NCBI GenBank assembly: GCA_002794465.1
Contig: MTSL01000164.1
Span: forward strand, 1-12,391
Source of the DNA: Paramicrosporidium saccamoebae KSL3
Taxonomy: Eukaryota; Fungi; Cryptomycota
Length of the DNA: 12,391 nucleotides
Reading direction: 5' to 3'
Program-made: the position numbers and the translations under genes
Notes under the pieces: model-generated
Seen by the model: the letters and a program-made list of their open reading frames with translations, nothing else
What the model was told of the DNA's origin: nothing
Database searches by the model: none
Part shown: one piece after another, positions 1 through 8,133 of the stretch
How the letters are laid out: the number at the start of each line of letters is the position of its first letter
How positions within the stretch are numbered: position 1 is the first letter of the stretch

Positions 1-338
1 GGGGGGGGGTTGATCACCGCTAACCCTTGAATAGTATGGATACACATCTCACTGTCCTCAAATCAACCCGCTCTAGCACACAAATACATCTTCCCTAAAC
101 TAGGGAGTTATCTTTAAATACCCAAATAGTCAACCCTCTACACCGCAATTACAAACCTCGTATGGATCGAGATCCCCAGGCCAGTATTACAAAAAAGGCT
201 ATCCAATAAATAGTAACCAACAGACTCGATCATTTCACTTGCAGAGCCGTAAGGGAGAATAGTGCTCCCACTACACAAAAAGCACCAGAACTGAGTCGGT
301 TATCAAACTTCTTGTGCTTGGGATGCAAAGTCAAAGAT

Positions 339-1182
339 TTATAAAAAGGACAATTTAAGGGCGAGCAGGAAACAAGTATGAACAAATACTAGCATGGAAG
401 TGTAGCCCAAGGCCTTGTCAACTCCCACAGCCGACGTGCGAAGCACGGGATGTAGATTTCGATGCACGAAATATGCAGACGCACCGATGCAAGCCAATGC
501 CGTCAGCCATGTCAGGAACCAAATCGAAAGCATAGCCACCGCCTAAAACTGAATAAACCACCAAGTCCTACTAGAATGGGGTAGAAGAGGAGCAGGCTAT
601 AGCCCACTAATGTGGTGAGTTCTGTAGCATGGAGACTATCTGCACCGAGCCATTTAAGAACCGTCCAACCGCCAAAGCACACAATCAGCAAGTGACAGGA
701 GAGCAAGCAGAGGGCCGACGAGAGACTATGCAAGTCGGTAGGCTTGCCAAGATGAGGAAAAAAGTTACCAGAGGTGGAGACCATGAAGATGGCAACGGCC
801 AATGTGATGGCAATCCACGCGGGTCCGTAAAGGTCTAAACGGCCGGCCAAATCTTCTAGGAATGACTCTCTCATGGTAACAACGCTCATCACACGCTGCA
901 CAACCTCTTCCGTAGTAACATTAAAGTACTTTGAATAATTATCGAGTTTGAAGTAGGAGGGCTGTGAAGTGCCAAAGCCAGTAGTTGGTTGGGTCTTTGC
1001 CATCGGCGCTACAAGTTTAGCCATTCCTGCAGTGTACTGCGGGATTGTCCGCTGTCTGTGGAGGTAAAGTCGTGGAACTGGAGGCCTTCCGCCGGTTCTG
1101 ATATTTCAGTGTGAGCTGTCTGATATATTAAACGCACGGGATTGCATCAATGTACTGGTGAGGATGGGCCCGCCTCTGACAT
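339..1182 (-). CDS. YIPF1: Yip1-domain Golgi membrane protein, YIPF1/YIPF2 (Yip5)-like; model complement(join(339..542,572..1008,1038..1119,1156..1182)), 249 aa
   Basis: DLYGPxWI motif, LQFHDF N-terminal motif like metazoan YIPF1 LQFEEF, and multiple hydrophobic helices. Three GT-AG introns join ORFs 512..1024 and 339..539 and an upstream ATG at 1182 in frame (750 nt). Confidence 0.85.
543..571 (-). other. Spliceosomal intron, 29 nt (YIPF intron 3)
   Basis: GTAGGA...TTTTAG, phase 0; joins ORF 512..1024 to ORF 339..539. Confidence 0.85.
1009..1037 (-). other. Spliceosomal intron, 29 nt (YIPF intron 2)
   Basis: GTACAC...CTAAACTTGTAG, phase 1; puts the LQFHDF exon in frame. Confidence 0.75.
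1120..1155 (-). other. Spliceosomal intron, 36 nt (YIPF intron 1)
   Basis: GTACAT...TTAATATATCAG, phase 0; contains an in-frame TGA. Confidence 0.7.
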
Positions 1183-1299
1183 GTTTACCAAGTAAAAGAT
1201 TTATTTGCATTTGCAGTGTTTTGATTCTCCGACTGTACCACTAGCCCGTATTGCAACATTCTCGGCCCGTATGAGATTTTGTGAATACTTGGTTTTTAT

Positions 1300-2647
1300 C
1301 TATTTTGCTCTAACTGTACCACTTATACAAACTTTGAGCCCTTTTTCGTTCTCGTTTTCACTTTCTCTACTGTCAGTATCTGAAGAGACGGTAAAAGTAT
1401 GGAAATGATCAGGGTAATATCCATTGAGGAAAGGCTGTGCTTCTATCGGAGTCTCTTCTCCTCGTAACATGTATTGTATACTGTCGAGGAATCGTGCCTG
1501 CATCCCCAAAACACTGCCGGGGCGCATCATCCGCAAATATGCAATCACTTCGGCTGCCTGTAGCTTGAATTTTTTGATGAGAAAGGTAGCAATCATGGTG
1601 CCAGTGCGTCCCAGTCCCGCTCGACAATGCACAGCCATAGCCCCGCTCTTCCAGGCCGCCTCTGCCAGAATGTAGAACTCGTCAATCTGCTGTAGGCTGG
1701 GGATCCCCCCGTCGTGCATGAACATTTCATGGTGATCAACACCCTTGGCGGCAAGTACCTTGGCATCGTAGTGGACGCGATTGAGACGCACAACGGTTTT
1801 AATGTTGTTCCGCACGGCAAAGTCGGCAAATTCCTCGACAGTGTAAACTTCCTCGGTGGGGCCAGCAAAGCCGAGAATCTTTCCGGGGATAATCCAGTTC
1901 ATGTCACCATTCAGAGGATGTTCTTTCATCATAACCCTACGCGCGATTAACACATTTCACTAGTTGTACTCTTCGACGTCAATAGTGTCCAGATCAACAA
2001 GATTGAGATTCATAAAGACTTTGAGTCCTTGCAAGCAGTCGAGGACAGAAATGTGCAAGTCATCGGTAAGCTCCTCCCCCTCGGTTTTGTAAAAGGTTTT
2101 GGTAATTTGTCTCAGAATAGGATTCACCTTCAGGACGGCCTCCTTTGGATGGACATTGTCCACCAACATCAAATAGGCGCTACACAGCAAGACAGCATTC
2201 AGGGCCTGATCAGAATCTGCCTTGACTACTAGACACACACTCTTCTCAGGCGTCTGGGCCTTTTGTGCTTGGACCATCTCGATAAACTGAATAATGTGGG
2301 TAACGTTTGATGGTCCGTAGTATAGGGCAAGGTCGGGATAGTTGAACCAGTTCTCAGCCGTAAAGTATTTGTGGAATTTGTCGTCTCGTGGGAATCTGGA
2401 TGGTCCCTTGGCGATCCGTACTTCCAGCTCATCTAAAATTAAAATTCCAAAACTTGCAGATACCTTGGACAATAGTAAACTGCACTTGTTCAATAATAGC
2501 CGAGGGCATGTTCTTTGCTATTCTACGCGGACTTTTGCGAAGTGAAACTCTTTTGATAACTTTGGCACCACTGGTCCTCGTCAAACGAGTATTACGCCGA
2601 ATCAGAGATACGGTGCCCGCACTAGCCGACAAGCCAAACATCCCCAT
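1300..2647 (-). CDS. CDC14: Cdc14 dual-specificity phosphatase; model complement(join(1300..1936,1970..2432,2464..2647)), 427 aa; may extend to a stop at 1201 via an extra intron
   Basis: N-terminal DSPn domain (YYGPSN, SVLDCLQGL), NGDMNWIIPGK, general-acid loop HDGGIP and intact HCRAGLGRTG catalytic motif. Splicing 1937..1969 restores the usual 8-residue spacing between DVEE and NGD. Start codon and 3' end are uncertain. Confidence 0.9.
1937..1969 (-). other. Spliceosomal intron, 33 nt (Cdc14)
   Basis: GTACAA...TTAATCGCGCGTAG, phase 2. The alternative donor GTGAAA would create a TAG codon. Confidence 0.85.
2433..2463 (-). other. Spliceosomal intron, 31 nt (Cdc14)
   Basis: GTATCT...TTAATTTTAG, phase 1; joins ORF 2429..2662 to ORF 1960..2493. 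Confidence 0.8.
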
Positions 2648-2761
2648 CGCATCTGTTGTCAATACAATTCAACACCCTTGGTTACCACTCTTCCCATTGG
2701 TCAACGGTCTAGTCGATCTGATAAGTGCTAGTTTGAGAATATTTCCACTAGAAATAACGCC

Positions 2762-4398
2762 ATGGAGAATCAGCCACAATTGATGAGGAGAACCTCGCAG
2801 GATACAGAGGGACGTGGAAGGCGGCCTTCGTTGGACTGGGAGGTGTCAAGAACCCAAAACTTTGGTGTATCGGCGCCCATTCCGATAAAGAAACATAATT
2901 TACCCACTCCCAACCTAGTGCTACCCACCGTAGACGGATATACAGTGAGTCATTCGTTGCTGGTAGACAACCTTCCCACGTAGACCTTACGTTCTGTCTC
3001 TAATACGATAGTGACCAGTATGGGTTTATTCTTGATGAGCGATACGGCATCACTGCAACAACTTTTCGGAATTTTGAGCGTGAATACGCTGGCAAGTGCG
3101 AGAGACAGACTCAACGGTGGGCCGAACTGGTGCCCTTGGCTAGAGGAAACCTGGTCGTATTCCCTTCCATGTCTGACAAGGTGAAAAAGGCACTACGGAA
3201 AGGCATCCCACGGGAGCTTCGTTCCAACGCATGGTACCACTACAGCGGTGCACAAGCAAGACAAGAAGCGGAGCCGACACGATACATTGAGCTGGTGAAG
3301 CAGGCGGTCGAGAATTCCAGTCCTGCGTTACTTGCGCAAATCGAGTCGGATGTCTCGCACACTTTTGTTAATAATCGCTATTTCCGCAATCTCCGAGTAG
3401 CCTCTCCGTTTCCGACAAATGCCAGTACCACGGATGACCCACAGAGTCTGACTTGCGTCCAGAGGATCTTGGCAGCAATTGCCCATAGTTTTCCAAACGT
3501 CGGGTATGCCAACGGTCTCAACTCGATTGCTGGCGGACTACTCTTAATCACACAGAACGAGCAGCGCAGTTTTTGGATCCTCACTGCCATCCTCGACAAG
3601 TTGCTTCCTGACAATTACTACATTGACATGAATCTCGGATGCAATGTTGACCAGGATGTGCTTGCATCTTTGATTGCATGGAAATTGCCGGCCGTGCATC
3701 GGAAACTGCAAGAGCTGGAAATGTCGCTCCACATTGTGACATCGACCTGGTTTACACACTTGTTTGTGGAACAGCTACCTTTCGAAACACTGCTAAGAGT
3801 GTGGGATTGTTTTTTGAATGAAGGCTCCAAGGTGCTGTTCAGGATTGCACTGGCTCTGTTCAAGATTAATCAGAATTCCATTCTTGCCATTAATGACCCA
3901 TTCGAGTTGGCGGCATTTATCAGGACTATGCCCCGAAGACAGTTGGACATTATTGGCTTGACAAATACTGCCTTCAATGGCATTGGCGGTCTCTCTGCAT
4001 CCTGGCTGATGGAGGAGCGCGCCAAGGTGATGCCCTTCTGGCGAGCTAAACATGCGGTGCGAAGATTTTCCCGCGTCTCGCCAGCTTTCTGTCAAACTCC
4101 CGCTCGCACTGACCAACCTCGAAGAACATGCTTTGCCCCCGTAGTAGTGGCCAGTCCCAGCCCGTGCTCCACACCACCGCCATCTATTAATCTAGCATTG
4201 GAGTCTCCCTTGGAAGCTGATTCATCCTCTGCCGTGCTACTATTCGAGCAGCCCGTGGAGATTGAATCGCCCTACGACACTTTGGTATTTAAGAAGCCTG
4301 TAGAAACTGAATCGTCCTCTACCTCATTTATTCGAACTATCAGTTCGCTATCCCTTCGCTTTCCAAATCAGGAATCGCATGAGAAAAAATTATGTTAA
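2762..4398 (+). CDS. TBC/Rab-GAP domain protein (Msb3/Msb4-GRTP1-like), probably catalytically atypical; model join(2762..2979,3012..4398), 534 aa
   Basis: DQYGF, RKGIPRELRSNAW, WFTHLF and LLRVWDCFLNEGSKVLFRIALALF are TBC signatures. One 32-nt intron joins ORF 2762 to the TBC frame (1605 nt total). Confidence 0.88.
2980..3011 (+). other. Spliceosomal intron, 32 nt (TBC gene)
   Basis: GTAGAC...CTAATACGATAG, phase 2; removes the in-frame stops at 2981 and 3001. Confidence 0.85.
4192..4326 (+). repeat. Three degenerate 45-nt (15-aa) coding repeats in the TBC tail
   Basis: LALESPLEADSSSAV / LLFEQPVEIESPYDT / LVFKKPVETESSSTS; shared pattern L-x-[FL]-x-x-P-[LV]-E-x-[DE]-S. Confidence 0.65.
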
Positions 4399-4402
4399 TA
4401 AA
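4397..4402 (+). terminator. AATAAA poly(A) signal overlapping the TBC stop codon
   Basis: TGTTAATAAAAA; TAA at 4396-4398. Confidence 0.5.
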
Positions 4403-4430
4403 AATGGTTTAGAATTGTTGTGGCCGTAAC

Positions 4431-7400
4431 ATGTCGGAGTACTCTGCTGGCATCGACAGGGTCGAAAGTCCGCCAGCGAGTCCAGTCAAGGAAGGTGGCG
4501 TGGTGAAGCGCTTTGTCAGTGCTTTCAGGAAAAAGACTCGGCATGGCGCCTCATCCGCAAGCCTCTCCCCCCTGCGACGGGAAAACACTAAGCGCTCTGA
4601 ATATGCCCCACTGGCGGTCGAGATACCCGATGAAGCGACAGTCGACTCTATGTATAGTCAAGTGATGCGGGACATTTGCGGAGAGGCAGCCTTGAATGAT
4701 GTCCATATTAAGGCCATGTCTAAAGAGATGAAATGGGGTGTGGTTATGGCAAATTGTAAAAAGGAAGCTGAAAGTGGTCGATATCCTCCAAAATACTTTG
4801 TGGACCGTCTTAGAAGCGATTCGGACCTGGGCAGTGAATATTTTTTGGATCGGGAAACGGTATCTTCTCTACGCATCCAGCTCACCTCACAACCCATCTC
4901 GTAATCCCATCAAGTGCACTCGTTAACATCATAGGTGGATTAGAGAATTTGTGGCTCAGGGTGGGACCGAGTTGCTCTCGAGATGTCTGCGTGAGTTGTA
5001 CTTTTATAAAGACGCCAATGTAAAAAAATCGGAATGCTCTAGTGAATGGCTTCGGGCTGTCCGCGCTTTTACCAACAACAATGTGCGTCACCGAATCCTT
5101 AGCTAATGTTTAGGTTGGACTCGATGAGGCCTCCAGCAATCAAAGTTTTCTGAACAGCCTCTGTCTTTACGTTTCGACAACCACGGCGGACGAGTCGGGA
5201 CTGATCCCCATCAACGTCTTTACCGTGGCCGCTTATTATAATCCACCTGAGGCTGCCAATCGAATTGTCAATGCTATGAGTTTTTTACAAAACATCCTGG
5301 AAGAGGAGAGCAGATTTGATAGCTTTCTTAAGATGATGGCTAGAGAGTGCCACTTACTCCGCAAGACACCCAAACACAGCGAGTGTAAATCGCTTCCTGT
5401 CATTGTCGATGGGCTAATGTTTATCAATGCGTTGCTGGATAACTTTGACGACGCGGAAATTAGAATCCATATTAGAAATCAGATTTATCGACGACCATTC
5501 CGTAGCGAGTTTGAGGGGCTTTGCGAGATCCGTCACTTGGAAATTTCAAGACAGCTAGATGTATTTGCCGCCTTGTTACAGGCCGACGCCGAATGGCTGA
5601 TGGAACGATACAGTAAACCTGCGAGATCGTTTATGAGCACAACCAATCTGTTCGATCTACTTCTTGAAACACTGCAGGGATCTGAAGGAATTTTGGCAGT
5701 GACGAATCTTCTTCAGCATATTTTGTGCATCAGATCGGATGCTTCTGTGCGTACTAGATATGTTCGTTTTCTGGACAAGACGCTCGAACAGATGCTGTTA
5801 TCGGGTCGAGGCGTGGATCCCGATTTCCATGCCTGCCCATCTCCCTACTTTTCTGCCAAGGAGCTTGAGCGGATACTGAACACTAATGAGGTGGATGCTC
5901 TAAAGCAAGAAAATATGCGGATGAAGTTTGAATTGACGTCTCTTGAGGACCAGCGGAAGCATGCGTCTAGCCTTCAGATTCTTGAAAACGAAGCTCTTAA
6001 GAAGCAAATTTGTGAGCTCCAGAAAGAGCTCGACTCTCTCAAAGCTGACAGTTTTAACGTTCTCGAGACGACAAGACGTGAAATGGACACTGTCACTGCC
6101 TGCCTGCGGGAGGACTTGAAGAAGGCACAAGATATGGCATCTGAACTGGAAGCCCAAGTTGCCGCATCGCTCAACGTTCCAACTCCGATAGTTGAAAAAA
6201 TTGAACCCGATTTAGAGGAAAAGTGGCGGAAATCCACCACGCTGTATGTCGAAACATCTTTTGAAAAGAACTATGAAATTTCTCTTGAGAAGAATGTTGA
6301 AGCCTCTATCGAAAATAACGCTGAAATCTCTCTTGAGAAGAATGCTGACATTTCTCCTGAGAAGAATGCTGAAATGGGATCTATTCTAGCGCCAGCTCCG
6401 TGTAAAGCTGCCCCTCCTCCGCCGCCACCGCCACCGCCTCCTCCTCCTCCTCCTCCACCCGGCCCTCCGCCGCCTCCTGGTTTAAAGGCATCACGCCCTT
6501 CAATCACTGAGAAAAGTGGGGCACCCAAATTTTGGGTTTTCCCCGAACCAACCAAGAAGCTCAAGGCCATGCAATGGAAAAAGGCCTTTTCCAAGGACAT
6601 TCCCGACAGTGTCTGGGATAAATTGGATATCAAAGAGTTTGTGGGAAAGGTTGATTTTGGGAGGATCGACTCTCTATTTGAGGCCAATAAAGAAGAAGAA
6701 GCCAAGCCGCTGGTGGCCATGGCGGAAGGATCCAAAATTGTTCAGTCCCTTTTGACCAACGATAATAAGCTTGCCATCTGTAATCTTTTGTCCTTGGAGT
6801 TGTTAACGAATGTAGCTATTCTGATGGGAAAAGATCCGATTAACGAGGACTTGATTGCTAATGCTTTGCAGGAGATGAATGAAAAGGTGTTTACTCCCCG
6901 ACTTGCATTACAAGTGAAAAAGTGCTTTTATGACAAACAAGACAATGAACTCTTTCCTCCCGAATATGTAAACTGGGAGCATTTTGCTAATATTTAGTAT
7001 AAGCCGATTATCAACTTTAAGGGTGATACGGCTGGAATCACTGATTCTGTTGAAAGTTTGATTGTGAAACTAGCAACTGTGAGAGGCTTTCCAGTGAGAA
7101 TCCGGTTCCTCTGCGAAAAGGCCGCGTTTCCGGATCTCAACAGTGTATGTCACAAGCTGATGGATCCCTATTTTGAGCTTTTCGAGTGTGTAAGGACTAA
7201 CAAAAGACTTCAAAGACTCCTCTGGGTACGCCTATATCCTCTCGTGTGTAACTTTTAGTTAATTTTATATATTGGAAACTATGTGAACCAAGGATCAAAT
7301 CGGGGTAACGCCCCGGGCTTTTCGCTTGAATACATTACATCGCTTAAGCCTCTGAAGGGACGAGAACCAGACATGAACATGTTGGCATTTGTTGTTGATC

Positions 7401-8083
7401 TTGTGAGCAACGAATTTCCTGATCTCCTTGGTGTCGTGGCGGATCTCGCCTCTCTTCGATCTGCACAGCTCATGAAATATAGCGACGTTGAAACAAGCAT
7501 CAAAGATCTAAGGTCTAGCTGCAACAAGGTTGCCGAGCTCATGGTAAAGTACTCAAAGTTCATTGCCCCGCCCGATCATCCCGAGGTAATTGACGAAGCA
7601 CAGGATCATTTCATGATCACCAGCAAGATACACCCTGATTGGCTCTTATTTTGCATTACGCCTTTTTAGGATATGTGGAAGAATGTAGAACGATCATTGA
7701 GGCTCGGCAGGAGAAACTAATTACCAAGCGGACAGAAACGCTAAAGTATTTCCTTGAATCGAGCGCGATGGCAACCGAGACCTTTTTCACCATCTTCAAT
7801 GAGTTCCTTACTGATTTTGAGGTATGACAGGGCAAAAAAGGGTTGATGGTGTAGAATAGCAAGATAATCATTGAAAAGAAGGAGCTGGCACTCCAGAGGG
7901 AGAAACGGCTGCAGCATGCCAAGAGCAGGGAGGGAAGGAATTCCATTGCCGGCTTGCTTAATGATAAGAGTACCCTAGGGATATTTTCTAATCAGCGCAG
8001 GCGATCAACGCGGGGTCATGGACAATGTCCTTGCCACTCTTCGAGCCGGACGACGGAATTCAACCGCACCGTCCACCAACTAA
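4431..8083 (+). CDS. Diaphanous-related formin (GBD-FH3/DID-coiled coil-FH1-FH2-DAD); model join(4431..4900,4935..5082,5114..6779,6816..6967,6998..7225,7259..7627,7660..7821,7855..7969,8001..8083), 1130 aa
   Basis: SLRIQLTSQPISW (GBD), polyproline FH1, LILYIGNYVN..RGNAPGF (FH2) and DQRGVMDNVLATLRAG (DAD). Eight short introns give 3393 nt, a multiple of 3. Confidence 0.92.
4901..4934 (+). other. Spliceosomal intron, 34 nt (formin 1)
   Basis: GTAATC...TTAACATCATAG; restores QPISW. Confidence 0.9.
5083..5113 (+). other. Spliceosomal intron, 31 nt (formin 2)
   Basis: GTGCGT...CTAATGTTTAG, phase 0; in frame with ORF 5225. Confidence 0.88.
6251..6370 (+). repeat. Five 24-nt (8-aa) tandem coding repeats upstream of formin FH1
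   Basis: ETSFEKNY EISLEKNV EASIENNA EISLEKNA DISPEKNA; DNA unit approximately GAAATYTCTCTTGAGAAGAATGCT. Confidence 0.9.
6413..6478 (+). repeat. CCN repeat encoding the FH1 polyproline tract (P16-G-P5)
   Basis: Read directly from the codons; explains the antisense poly-Gly ORF 6271..6735. Confidence 0.95.
6780..6815 (+). other. Spliceosomal intron, 36 nt, in-frame and stop-free (formin 3)
   Basis: GTAATC...TTAACGAATGTAG; removal gives LAISILMGK, matching the FH2 N-I-x-I-L-L helix. Confidence 0.75.
6968..6997 (+). other. Spliceosomal intron, 30 nt (formin 4)
   Basis: GTAAAC...CTAATATTTAG, phase 0; the acceptor TAG is the ORF stop. Confidence 0.88.
7226..7258 (+). other. Spliceosomal intron, 33 nt (formin 5)
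   Basis: GTACGC...GTAACTTTTAG; restores RLLWLILYIGNY. Confidence 0.9.
7628..7659 (+). other. Probable non-canonical AT-AC intron, 32 nt (formin 6)
   Basis: AAG|ATACAC...CTTATTTTGCATTAC|GCC. A frame change is required here and there is no GT between 7588 and 7669. The size fits the 29-36 nt range and splicing restores FH2 helix spacing. Confidence 0.72.
7822..7854 (+). other. Spliceosomal intron, 33 nt (formin 7)
   Basis: GTATGA...TTGATGGTGTAG, phase 0; contains an in-frame TGA. Confidence 0.85.
7970..8000 (+). other. Spliceosomal intron, 31 nt (formin 8)
   Basis: GTACCC...CTAATCAGCGCAG, phase 1; only the AG at 7999-8000 puts the DAD (GVMDNVLATL) in frame. Confidence 0.82.
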
Positions 8084-8098
8084 CACGCACAATTTTGG

Positions 8099-8104
8099 AA
8101 TAAA
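8099..8104 (+). terminator. AATAAA poly(A) signal of the formin gene
   Basis: 15 nt after the stop at 8083, in the 50-nt convergent gap. Confidence 0.5.
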
Positions 8105-8133
8105 CTACATTTAGGACAACATTTAAACTTGCT

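Noticed and set aside
1-9. G9 homopolymer at the window edge
   Set aside because: Context is truncated and it may be a sequencing or assembly artefact; not interpretable alone.
228-236. GATCATTTC resembling U3 snoRNA box A
   Set aside because: No box A', B, C or D in the proper arrangement.
2664-2697. Possible extra upstream Cdc14 exon from the ATG near 2697
   Set aside because: It needs a 23-nt intron with a GTGTTG donor, outside the observed size range and donor pattern; the better GTAACC donor is out of frame.
2945-2983. Strong GTGAGT donor in TBC exon 1
   Set aside because: Pairing it with the AGs at 2966, 2983 or 3011 puts the TBC domain out of frame; only 2980..3011 works.
6271-6735. 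154-aa antisense ORF with a long poly-Gly run
   Set aside because: It is the reverse complement of the FH1 CCN repeat and adjacent formin codons.
7145-7174. GTATGT donor-like site inside formin exon 5
   Set aside because: The uninterrupted translation already matches FH2 spacing from RIRF to LILYIGNY, so no intron is needed.
7623-7669. 47-nt GC-AG intron as the explanation of the formin frame change
   Set aside because: Disfavoured rather than excluded: it is longer than all other introns here and removes 5 residues from a conserved helix. The AT-AC model fits both size and alignment.
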